Shown here: positions 27,835-35,967 of the stretch, in pieces
How the letters are laid out: each line of letters begins with the position of its first letter
Position numbering within the stretch: the first letter of the stretch is position 1
NCBI GenBank assembly: GCA_964343545.1
Contig: CAYFKX010000001.1
Coordinates: 1 to 35,967 of the forward strand
Origin: an uncultured Bifidobacteriaceae bacterium
GTDB taxonomy: Bacteria > Actinomycetota > Actinomycetes > S36-B12 > UBA5976
Direction: 5' to 3'
Length of the DNA stretch: 35,967 nucleotides
The notes under the pieces: generated by a model
Seen by the model: the letters and a program-made list of their open reading frames with translations, nothing else
What the model was told of the DNA's origin: nothing
The model's database searches: none
Program-made: the position numbers and the translations under genes

Positions 27835-27839
27835 GGGGA

Positions 27840-28580
27840 CTACAGACCGAGCAGGGGCTCCAGCCCGACCGTGACCCCGCGCCGTGAAGCGGCGGCGCGC
27901 ACCGCGAGCAGCACCCCGGGCATGAAGGACGCTCGGTCGAGGCTGTCGTGGCGGATGGTCACGCGCTCCCCCGGCGCCCCAAACACAACATCTTGGTGGG
28001 CGAGGAACCCCGCGCCACGCGCCGAGTGCACGGGCACCCCGTCGACCAGGTGCCCTCGGGCTGCCTGAATCTGCGTGACCTCTGCTGAATCCGATGGCTG
28101 CAACCCCGCCTGTTGCCGGGCGCGGGCGATCGCTTCGGCGGTGTGCACTGCGGTGCCGCTCGGGGCATCGAGCTTGCGGGGGTGGTGGTATTCGAAAACC
28201 TCGGCATCACCGAAGAACTTGGCAGCCTCAGTTGCCCACTTCATCATGAGCACCGCTCCGATGGCGAAATTGGGGACGATGATGACTGCCACATCATCAA
28301 TACCTGGCAGCTGACGCACTGACTCAATCTGCGCATCATCAAAACCGGAGGTCCCAACGACAATGCTCTTGCCGTGCTCAACGCACCAGCGCACATGGTC
28401 GGGCGCAGCAGTCGGCACGGTGAAGTCCACGACCACGTCGCAGTCGCCAAGTGCAGATAGCGAGTCCTGTGCGTCTAGTTGCGCGACCAGAGCCATACCC
28501 GCGTCGGCCCGCACCGCTTCACAGACCAGCGACCCCATGCGCCCCTTCGCACCGAGAACACCTACACGTATCGGCTCCAT
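27840..28580 (-). CDS. dapB: 4-hydroxy-tetrahydrodipicolinate reductase
   Basis: Contains RVGVLGAKGRMG (NAD(P) binding) and EYHHPRKLDAPSGTA (DapB signature). I prefer the ATG at 28580, with AGGA 8 nt upstream. The longest ORF starts at 28589. Confidence 0.9.
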   Translation of the reverse strand: MEPIRVGVLGAKGRMGSLVCEAVRADAGMALVAQLDAQDSLSALGDCDVVVDFTVPTAAPDHVRWCVEHGKSIVVGTSGFDDAQIESVRQLPGIDDVAVIIVPNFAIGAVLMMKWATEAAKFFGDAEVFEYHHPRKLDAPSGTAVHTAEAIARARQQAGLQPSDSAEVTQIQAARGHLVDGVPVHSARGAGFLAHQDVVFGAPGERVTIRHDSLDRASFMPGVLLAVRAAASRRGVTVGLEPLLGL

Positions 28581-28597
28581 GGGTGACATCCTCGCAC

Positions 28598-29875
28598 TCA
28601 GCGGCGAGACCGAGCGGCTTTTTTGCGCTCCGGACCGACCACGATTGTGGTTCCAGCCTGGTTGAACACTTCCTGGGCGACCGCCTGTACATCCGCAGTC
28701 GTAACTCGGTCGATGCGTTCGAGGACATCGCTCAACGACTGCATGGGGCGGCCGGTGAGCTCAGTTTTGCCAATCCGGCTCATCCGGGAGAACGTGTCTT
28801 CTTGACTGAGGACGGTCGAGCCGCTGAGTTGCCCTTTCGCTCGACCGAGCTCCTCTGCGGTGATGCCTTCAGATGCCACCTGCTCGAGTACCTCATGCAT
28901 CACCTCCAGCACGTCGTCGGTGCGCGTCGGCGAAGTTCCGGCGTACACCCCAACCAGCCCGGAGTCGGAGAAACTTGAGACGAATGAGTACACGGAGTAA
29001 GCCAAGCCGCGTCGCTCACGGACTTCGTGGAAGAGACGCGAGGACATGCCCCCGCCGAGCGCGGAATTCAGCACGGACAACGCCCACCGGCGATCGTCGT
29101 CGAACGCGATACCGGGGAATCCCACGATGATGTTGGCTTGCTCGGTTGAACGCGTGAGGTCTTTGCGCGGACCTGTCACAAGTGCCGTCGCGTGCGGCTT
29201 GCGCACCCGTGCAGGTGCCGGCCGTTCAAAGCCGTCGAATGCTCGTCGCACCTGGCGCACCACACTCGCGTGATCGATGTTGCCCGCCGCTGACACCACG
29301 AGTTGCTCTGGTGCGTAATGACGTCGATAGAACGAGCGGATAGCCGCCGGAGTAATCGCCGCGATCGTCTCGCGAGTACCCAGAATCGACCGTCCCATAG
29401 GGTGCTTCTCGCCGTACATCGTGGCAAAAAGTTCCTCGTACGCAACATCGGCGGGGTCGTCATCGCGCATGCTGATCTCTTCGAGTACGACGGTGCGCTC
29501 AGCATCGATGTCCGTCGAGCGCAACGTAGCCGAGGTCACGACGTCGCTGATGACATCGCTGGCAAGTGCGAGATCTCGGTCGAGCACGCGTGCGTAGAAG
29601 CACGTGTGCTCTTTGGACGTGAACGCGTTCATCTCACCGCCGACAGCCTCGATCGCCGAGGAGATGTCAAGCGCACTGCGACGCGTTGTTCCCTTGAACA
29701 GCAGGTGCTCTAGGTAGTGCGCCGAACCTGCCTGCACTGGCGTTTCGTGTCGCGACCCGACACCGACCCATACCCCGAATGCCACTGAGCGAACCGACGG
29801 CACCGTCTCGGTCACGACCCGCAGGCCACTGGCCAGCGTCGTGCGCCTCACGACGGTGCCGTCTGGTTCGCTCAA
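28598..29875 (-). CDS. M16-family zinc metallopeptidase (PepR-like)
   Basis: 425 aa with the inverted zinc motif HYLEHLLFKGT (HxxEH). It sits in the conserved position between pnp and dapB. Confidence 0.85.
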   Translation of the reverse strand: MSEPDGTVVRRTTLASGLRVVTETVPSVRSVAFGVWVGVGSRHETPVQAGSAHYLEHLLFKGTTRRSALDISSAIEAVGGEMNAFTSKEHTCFYARVLDRDLALASDVISDVVTSATLRSTDIDAERTVVLEEISMRDDDPADVAYEELFATMYGEKHPMGRSILGTRETIAAITPAAIRSFYRRHYAPEQLVVSAAGNIDHASVVRQVRRAFDGFERPAPARVRKPHATALVTGPRKDLTRSTEQANIIVGFPGIAFDDDRRWALSVLNSALGGGMSSRLFHEVRERRGLAYSVYSFVSSFSDSGLVGVYAGTSPTRTDDVLEVMHEVLEQVASEGITAEELGRAKGQLSGSTVLSQEDTFSRMSRIGKTELTGRPMQSLSDVLERIDRVTTADVQAVAQEVFNQAGTTIVVGPERKKAARSRR

Positions 29876-29889
29876 GAGCGTCTTGGTGC

Positions 29890-32082
29890 TCAGGCGTCGG
29901 CTCCTTCAGTGGCCTCAGCCACCGCCAAGGACAGTTTGCCGCGCTGGTCGATCTCTGCGATCTCCACGAGAATCTTTTGTCCGACCTTGACGACGTCGTC
30001 CACATTCTCCACGCGCTTGCCTTCGTTCAGTTTGCGCAGTTGGGTGATGTGCAGCAGTCCGTCCTTGCCTGGCAGCAACGACACGAAAGCCCCGAATGCA
30101 GCGGTCTTCACGACTGTGCCGAGGTAGCGCTCGCCGACCTCCGGCATCTGCGGGTTCGCAATCTGGTTGATCTGGTTGCGGGCCGCTTCAGCCGATTCGC
30201 CGTTGGTGGCGCCGATGAACACGGTGCCGTCATCCTGGATGCTGATGTCAGCGCCGGTCTCTTCTTGGATCTGGTTGATGATCTTGCCCTTGGGTCCGAT
30301 CACCTCGCCGATCTTGTCCACCGGAATCTGGATAGCGATGATGCGTGGTGCGAATGGACTCATCTCGTCCGGCGAGTCAATCGCCTCGAGCATGACATCC
30401 AAGATGGTCATCCGTGCATCACGTGCCTGGGTCAGCGCGCCCGCGAGGACGCTGGCCGGGATGCCGTCGAGTTTGGTGTCCAACTGCAGTGCGGTCACGA
30501 ACTCGCGAGTACCCGCCACCTTGAAGTCCATGTCTCCGAACGCGTCTTCAGCGCCAAGGATGTCGGTGATGGCAACGTATTGCATCGCGCCGTCGACCTC
30601 GTCGGAGATCAGACCCATCGCAATTCCAGCAACCGGCGCCTTCAACGGGACACCAGCGTTGAGCAGCGAGAGCGTCGACGCGCACACCGAACCCATCGAC
30701 GTGGACCCGTTAGAGCCGAGAGCCTCGGACACTTGGCGAATGGCGTAGGGGAACTCCTCACGACCCGGCAGCACCGGCACCAACGCACGCTCGGCAAGAG
30801 CACCGTGACCGATTTCGCGACGCTTCGGCGAACCCACCCGGCCGGTCTCGCCCGTGGAGTACGGCGGGAAGTTGTAGTGGTGCATGTAGCGCTTTGTGGT
30901 CTCTGGCGCCAACGTGTCCAGCTGCTGCTCGAGCTTGAGCATGTTCAGCGTGGTCACACCAAGAATCTGCGTTTCGCCACGCTCGAAAATGGCCGAGCCG
31001 TGCGCACGCGGGATGTAGCCGACTTCTGCAGACAGACTGCGGATGTCGCTGATGCCACGACCGTCGATGCGGATCTTGTCTCGCAGCACTCGCTGGCGAA
31101 CCTGCTTCTTGGTGACTGAGCGCAGCGCCGCACTGATTTCCTTTTCGCGGCCCTCGAACTGCTCGGCCAACTCTGCGACGACCTTCGCCTTGACGGCGTC
31201 GAGCGCGGTCTCGCGCTCCTGCTTGCCAGCGATGGTCAACGCCTTTGCGAGCTCATCAGCGGCGACCTGATAAACCGCGTCGTAGGCATCCTGCTCGTAG
31301 TCGGCGAAAACCGGGAAGATGCCAGTGGGCTTCGCAGCCACAGCGGCAAGCTTGGACTGCGCCTCACACAGCACCCGGATGAACTTCTTGGACGCCTCCA
31401 GACCCTCAGCCACGACTTCCTCGGTCGGAGCGGCAGCGCCGTTGCGAACCAATTGGTACGTGTGCTCGGTGGCTTCTGCCTCCACCATCATGATGGCGAC
31501 ATCGTCCCCGACGACGCGACCAGCGACGACCATGTCGAAGACTGCGTCCTGCAGTTGCGAGTGGTTCGGGAACGCAACCCACTGACCCTTGATCAGCGCA
31601 ACGCGCACACCACCAATCGGGCCAGAGAACGGCAGACCAGCGAGTTGAGTGGACATAGACGCAGCGTTGATCGCGACTACGTCATAGAGGTGGTCAGGGT
31701 TCAGCGACATGACCGTCACGACGACCTGGATTTCGTTGCGCAGGCCAGAAACAAACGACGGACGCAGCGGACGATCGATGAGTCGACAGGTCAAGATGGC
31801 GCTTTCGCTCGGTCGTCCCTCACGACGGAAGAACGAACCGGGAATTCGACCAGCGGCATACATCCGCTCTTCGACATCGACGGTGAGCGGGAAGAAGTCG
31901 AAATGGTCGCGCGGCTGCTTGCTTGCAGTGGTCGCTGAGAGCAGCATGGTCTCGTCGTCTAGGTAGGCCACGGCGGTGCCAGCGGCCTGCTGAGCGAGAC
32001 GACCAGTTTCGAACCGGATGGTGCGGGTTCCGAAGGACCCGTTGTCGATGACCGCGTCAGCGATGTGGACTTCATTGGACAT
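29890..32082 (-). CDS. pnp: Polyribonucleotide nucleotidyltransferase (PNPase / GpsI)
   Basis: 730 aa with two RNase PH-like domains, a KH domain ([26 protein letters not shown]) and an S1 domain ([30 protein letters not shown]). Confidence 0.95.
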   Translation of the reverse strand: MSNEVHIADAVIDNGSFGTRTIRFETGRLAQQAAGTAVAYLDDETMLLSATTASKQPRDHFDFFPLTVDVEERMYAAGRIPGSFFRREGRPSESAILTCRLIDRPLRPSFVSGLRNEIQVVVTVMSLNPDHLYDVVAINAASMSTQLAGLPFSGPIGGVRVALIKGQWVAFPNHSQLQDAVFDMVVAGRVVGDDVAIMMVEAEATEHTYQLVRNGAAAPTEEVVAEGLEASKKFIRVLCEAQSKLAAVAAKPTGIFPVFADYEQDAYDAVYQVAADELAKALTIAGKQERETALDAVKAKVVAELAEQFEGREKEISAALRSVTKKQVRQRVLRDKIRIDGRGISDIRSLSAEVGYIPRAHGSAIFERGETQILGVTTLNMLKLEQQLDTLAPETTKRYMHHYNFPPYSTGETGRVGSPKRREIGHGALAERALVPVLPGREEFPYAIRQVSEALGSNGSTSMGSVCASTLSLLNAGVPLKAPVAGIAMGLISDEVDGAMQYVAITDILGAEDAFGDMDFKVAGTREFVTALQLDTKLDGIPASVLAGALTQARDARMTILDVMLEAIDSPDEMSPFAPRIIAIQIPVDKIGEVIGPKGKIINQIQEETGADISIQDDGTVFIGATNGESAEAARNQINQIANPQMPEVGERYLGTVVKTAAFGAFVSLLPGKDGLLHITQLRKLNEGKRVENVDDVVKVGQKILVEIAEIDQRGKLSLAVAEATEGADA

Positions 32083-32308
32083 AGTGGTTTGGTGCCTTCC
32101 TCGATGAATGAGCCGTCGTCACAAGACACGAGCACGTGACGGTCATCGATCGAGGACCACGGCCCCGCGCTCATGTGCAGCGGTTCCGGAGCCCACTACC
32201 GAGGACCGACGGTCGCTCGGTGCTCCAACTCTGAACTCAGGTGCCAGGTGTTCAGTAGATCCCCCAACGCCGACACCCCACCTGGCTCGGTGGCGTCGAC
32301 CTGGGACG
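32083..32308 (-). promoter_or_regulatory. Structured rpsO-pnp intercistronic leader (candidate Actino-pnp-type autoregulatory element)
   Basis: The 226-nt leader contains several GC-rich hairpins. The largest (32099..32155) is an irregular hairpin of about 19 bp. Its 3' arm AUCGAGG overlaps the GAGGAAGG Shine-Dalgarno of pnp. Confidence 0.45.
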
Positions 32309-32578
32309 TCAGCGGCGGATACCGAGGCGCTCGATCACCGCGCGGTAGCGCGCGATGTCGACCTTGGTCAGGTACTGCAGCAGGCGACGGCGCTGGCCGA
32401 CGAGCAGCAGCAAGCCGCGACGACTGTGGTGGTCCTGCTTGTTGGCCTTGAGGTGCTCGGTCAAGTCGTTGATCCGGCGGGTCAGCAGTGCAATCTGCAC
32501 TTCCGGGCTGCCGGTGTCGCCCTCACTGCGGGCGTACTCCTTGATGATGGCGTCCTTGGTGGCGGCGTCGAGTGCCAT
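32309..32578 (-). CDS. rpsO: 30S ribosomal protein S15
   Basis: 89 aa, [57 protein letters not shown], canonical S15. Confidence 0.95.
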   Translation of the reverse strand: MALDAATKDAIIKEYARSEGDTGSPEVQIALLTRRINDLTEHLKANKQDHHSRRGLLLLVGQRRRLLQYLTKVDIARYRAVIERLGIRR

Positions 32579-32754
32579 GGTGAATCTGCCTTTCGGGCGC
32601 GGGCGCTCCCATCGGATGATGGGAGGTTAGGCGCGGTATCCAGGGCGCCCGCCCCAGAACCGTCAGCCCGCAGGCTACCAGCCACGGTTACGCCACGCTC
32701 AGGCGCACCTGTCGCGGCTCGCTTTCCAGCGCCTAGGCATGGGATGCTCTGCGG

Positions 32755-33102
32755 GTGGAATCGCTGGCTCTCATCGCAGCCGTCATCGTCGCGCTCGCAG
32801 CAATGGGCGGTCCGTTAGCGCTGCTGCTGTCGTTTCTGCCGATGCGCTGGACACGCGTGGTCGCCATCATCCTTGGCAGCATCGCCGCACTGGACGGAGC
32901 TCGGCTGGTGTGGTTGCAAGTCTCAATCGGCGCGACGCTGATGGGCGCCCTCGGCGTGCTCACCGGCGGAGTTGCCCTGTGGCGCTGCCTGCGCCGACCT
33001 CGCACGCCCATGGGGATGCCTGCGGTGCCGCCAGACCAATTCGACAACGATTCCAACTCACCTGAACCAGACGCGCCGGGTGAGCAGCAGGAGCGCCCAT
33101 GA
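32755..33102 (+). CDS. Hypothetical small membrane protein (3 TM helices, acidic/Pro-rich tail)
   Basis: 115 aa with a GTG start. TM segments are LALIAAVIVALAAMGGPLALLL, VVAIILGSIAALDGARLVWL and ATLMGALGVLTGGVALW. Its stop overlaps the ATG of the next gene (ATGA). I recognise no family, and the start is uncertain. Confidence 0.45.
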   Translation: MESLALIAAVIVALAAMGGPLALLLSFLPMRWTRVVAIILGSIAALDGARLVWLQVSIGATLMGALGVLTGGVALWRCLRRPRTPMGMPAVPPDQFDNDSNSPEPDAPGEQQERP

Positions 33103-35462
33103 CTAAGCCGAACACCCGGCTGAGCCTGCTCGCCTGTGCACTGCTCGTGGGCAGCACCGCGCTGACATCTGCCACGCCTGCATCTGCAGCGACCGCAGCG
33201 TCGTGTATCGGGGCCGACACCATCGCGTTAACGAACGCCGGATTCGAGAGCCCGGCCATCGCCGCCCGCTCCTACCGCATCATGAGCGAGTCGAATGTGC
33301 CTGGCTGGTCGACGACCGCATCTGACCGACAGATTGAGTTGTGGTCTGCCGGATTTGGGAATGTCACCCCCGCAGAAGGCCAGCAGTTTGCCGAGCTCAA
33401 CGCCAACATGACCTCCGCGCTCTACCAGGATGTCACCACCACGCCCGGTGCGCGTGTCACCTGGTCGCTGGCGCACCGCGGGCGTTCGGGGGTCGACACC
33501 ATGCGCGTGGTCATCGGCCGCCCCGGCGGAACCCTCGCCGAAGTCGCCCGAATGTCCGACGGAACCAGCGGCTGGGGTCGCCACAGCGGCACGTACGTCG
33601 TACCCGCTGGTCAGACCACGACCCGCTTCGCTTTCGAAGCGGTCTCCACCGCCGGTGGCAATCCCACCGTGGGTAATTTCTTGGACGACATCTCCTTCGG
33701 CACGCCGGCGTGCATCGAGTTGACCAAGCAGGTCACAGTGCTTGGAGACGCCGTGCCGGGTGGCCGGCTGCGCTGGAGTATCACCGCCACGAACATCGGT
33801 GGTTCGCCTGCGACGGGACTCACCATCACCGACTCTGCGCCGCTGCACACCGCCTACGCCCCAGGCAGTTTGCGCGTGCACACGGGTCCACGCGCCGGAT
33901 CGGTGACCGATGCCAGCGACGCAGACGCTGGCAGTGCTGGTGGCGGCAAGGTGTCCTGGACTCCGTTCGGCGCCTCCAACATCGCAGGTCGCATCAACCC
34001 GCAGGAAAAAATCACCGTGTCTTTCGAAACGATCATCGCCGATGACGCAGCCGGAGCGCAGGTGAGCAACCGCGCTGATGCGCGCTACACCGCCGATGGG
34101 ACTCAACAGGATGTCGAGTCCAACCAGGCAACCGTCGAAGTCGCCGAGGTGGCCGATGTCTATGTTCACAAACTTTTTGATGCTGAGTCCGTGACCGCTG
34201 TCGGCGGAGTCGGGCCAGCGACCTTCACGATTGTGGTGGGCAACCTCGGTCCGTTCGGAGCGGACGGCATCACTCTGACCGACCCGCTGCCTGACGGCCT
34301 CAGCGTTGACTCCACCGCGATCACCATCGACGGCTCCCCCGCCGGCAGCCTGTGCAGCATCTCTGGCACGCCAGCGACTTTGCAGTGCCTCATCGGTGAC
34401 TTGGCCCCAGGCGCAATCCGCAGTGTCGTGGTGCCAGCAACATTCACCAAAGTAACGCCGGGCATCTTCGTGGTCGAGAATGCTGCTGAAGCATGGCCAG
34501 CGGGCACTTACGACATCAACGGCGCGAACAACCTGTCAACCGCGCAACTGGTGTTTGATCCTGGGCCGGCCGCCGATGTCACGGTGAAAGTGGCCGCACC
34601 AGTCACCCGCTTCCTGCCCGGTGAACGCGCCACATGGGTTATCGAAACGATGAACACCACCGAGCTTGGGCTGGCCGCCACAGGAGTGAGCACCACGGTG
34701 CAGTTGCCAGCAGCACTAGAGGACGTGGACCTGCCCGTCGGCTGCACCTTGACCGCCCCGACTACTGCGACTTGTTCTGTCGGCACGCTGGCAGCCCTGG
34801 GATCCACGGTGTTCTCAATCAGCGGAAGGATTGCCGCCAGTGCCCCTGCCGACCAATCCTTGACGTTGACGGCAACGGTCAGTGCGGACGATGGCTGCGA
34901 CAGTGATGCCACCAACAATGTCGATGCTGCGACGGTGTCCGTAGACCGGCCTGGGCGAGTCGAAGTACGCAAGGTTGCACTCGATCCAGTGACTCAAGCT
35001 CGCACCCGCTTTGAAGTGACCGTGGTGTCGGTCGGTGAATTCGAAGCCCGCGATGTCGTGCTGACAGATGTCGCGGATGCGACTGCGACAGCGGTGTCGT
35101 TCCCGGATGACTGCACGGTCGAGGCGGACGATTCGGTTCGCTGCGAACTTGGCACATTGGAACCAGGCGATGCACGAACGCTGCTGTTCGAGTTCACGAC
35201 CACTGACTTGAACTCGGCGCTGACCAACACGGCCACCGCGACGGGCAGCAATACCGGCGACCCGGTTAGTGCAAGCGCCAAGGCCCTGCCCATCATCCCG
35301 GAATACAGCGAGCGTTCGATTCCGGGCGGGCTGCCGCCGGCCCCGCCGCCGCCACCGATGGCTTTCACCGGCGCATCGGGTCACCCCCTGAGCGCACTCG
35401 CGCTGCTACTGCTAGCGGCTGGGGTGGCGCTGCTCACCGTTGTGCGGCGCAGACGCTCCTAA
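33099..35462 (+). CDS. Cell-wall-anchored surface protein: signal peptide, N-terminal beta-sandwich-like domain, at least 4 DUF11-type repeats, Pro-rich stalk, MAFTG sorting signal
   Basis: The signal peptide ends ATPASA. The N-terminal segment NAGFESP...VPGWSTT...IELW...AELN...FLDDISF resembles DUF642/CBM-type folds. DUF11-like repeats include ELTKQVTVLGDAVPGGRLRWSITATNIGGSPATGLTITD and FTIVVGNLGPFGADGITLTDPLPDGL. The C-terminus is PPAPPPPP-MAFTG (35358..35372), then a hydrophobic helix, then RRRRS. Confidence 0.8.
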   Translation: MTKPNTRLSLLACALLVGSTALTSATPASAATAASCIGADTIALTNAGFESPAIAARSYRIMSESNVPGWSTTASDRQIELWSAGFGNVTPAEGQQFAELNANMTSALYQDVTTTPGARVTWSLAHRGRSGVDTMRVVIGRPGGTLAEVARMSDGTSGWGRHSGTYVVPAGQTTTRFAFEAVSTAGGNPTVGNFLDDISFGTPACIELTKQVTVLGDAVPGGRLRWSITATNIGGSPATGLTITDSAPLHTAYAPGSLRVHTGPRAGSVTDASDADAGSAGGGKVSWTPFGASNIAGRINPQEKITVSFETIIADDAAGAQVSNRADARYTADGTQQDVESNQATVEVAEVADVYVHKLFDAESVTAVGGVGPATFTIVVGNLGPFGADGITLTDPLPDGLSVDSTAITIDGSPAGSLCSISGTPATLQCLIGDLAPGAIRSVVVPATFTKVTPGIFVVENAAEAWPAGTYDINGANNLSTAQLVFDPGPAADVTVKVAAPVTRFLPGERATWVIETMNTTELGLAATGVSTTVQLPAALEDVDLPVGCTLTAPTTATCSVGTLAALGSTVFSISGRIAASAPADQSLTLTATVSADDGCDSDATNNVDAATVSVDRPGRVEVRKVALDPVTQARTRFEVTVVSVGEFEARDVVLTDVADATATAVSFPDDCTVEADDSVRCELGTLEPGDARTLLFEFTTTDLNSALTNTATATGSNTGDPVSASAKALPIIPEYSERSIPGGLPPAPPPPPMAFTGASGHPLSALALLLLAAGVALLTVVRRRRS

Positions 35463-35967
35463 CAGTGGCCACATCGTCAGCGATTGCAGCCATCAACGTT
35501 GGCACATCGGGGTACACCTGTTGCCCGCGAATGCGGTCGATGAACTCCAATTGCACTTCTTGACCGTAAAGGTCAAGACTCGCCGGCGCATCGAGTGCAT
35601 ACGCCTCGATGCGACGTTGCGTGCCGCCAAACTGCGGGTTCGTGCCGATGGACACGGCCGCATCGAACTGTGCGCCGGTGGCGAGCCAAGTGAGTCGACC
35701 CGCGTAGACGCCGTCGGCTGGCACGCACGCAGTGGTGTCGACGTCGATATTTGCCGTGGGATAGCCCAGCTCGCGGCCGCGAGCATCACCGTGCACCACC
35801 GGTCCGCGCACACGATGCGGCCGACCCAAGATGACCGCAGCCCCCGCGACATCGCCACGAACAATGAGCTCTCGGATTCGGGTACTCGACCACGCTGCCT
35901 CGTCTCCGACCAGATCCACGGCATCGACTGTGAAACCACGTTCGCCTCCAAGTTGCGACAACGTGGA
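35434..35967 (-). CDS. ribF: Bifunctional riboflavin kinase/FMN adenylyltransferase RibF (5' partial, C-terminal kinase domain in window)
   Basis: The frame is open to the window end. GRPHRVRGPVVHGDARGRELGYPTANI...IGTNPQF...IEAYALD...LEFIDRIRGQQ is the riboflavin kinase domain. The tracked M at 35961 is an internal TTG, not the true start. Confidence 0.9.
   Translation of the reverse strand, partial: STLSQLGGERGFTVDAVDLVGDEAAWSSTRIRELIVRGDVAGAAVILGRPHRVRGPVVHGDARGRELGYPTANIDVDTTACVPADGVYAGRLTWLATGAQFDAAVSIGTNPQFGGTQRRIEAYALDAPASLDLYGQEVQLEFIDRIRGQQVYPDVPTLMAAIADDVATVRSVCAAQR

Noticed and set aside
1-35967. CRISPR arrays, insertion sequences, integrases, prophage or known defence-system genes
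   Set aside because: There are no interspaced repeat arrays. No ORF has transposase, integrase, reverse transcriptase or nuclease-NTPase defence signatures. There is no tRNA to serve as an integration target. Every sizeable ORF is accounted for by housekeeping or transporter/surface functions.

Overview
High-GC actinobacterial chromosome segment. Gene order is the conserved actinobacterial core backbone known from the Mycobacterium tuberculosis miaB-to-ribF region: miaB, recX-recA-DUF3046, lhr-nei, clgR-cinA-pgsA-rimO-HTH-ftsK-rnj-dapA-thyX, DUF47-pit, dapB-pepR-pnp-rpsO, ribF. I support 31 protein-coding genes; miaB and ribF run off the window edges. I found no rRNA, tRNA, CRISPR array, transposase, integrase or prophage signature. 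Regulatory elements readable from the sequence: a perfect LexA SOS box and a RecA-NDp (PafBC-type) promoter motif upstream of recA; phased GTTCAC direct repeats (PHO-box-like) upstream of DUF47-pit; a 19-bp bidirectional terminator hairpin; and a long hairpin in the pnp leader that sequesters the Shine-Dalgarno. Three small accessory islets interrupt the backbone: (1) an RCC1-repeat/FN3 secreted protein, a DUF1345 protein and a purine permease between miaB and recX; (2) a translationally coupled membrane-protein/GNAT/AzlC/AzlD operon next to thyX; (3) a membrane protein plus a DUF11-repeat wall-anchored protein with an atypical MAFTG sorting signal, between rpsO and ribF. I do not see compelling evidence for a wholly new multi-gene system such as a defence island, retroelement or toxin-antitoxin module. 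The three islets and the recA/lhr regulatory architecture are the best candidates for a second look. All functional calls rest on motifs I recognised by eye and need HMM/BLAST confirmation.
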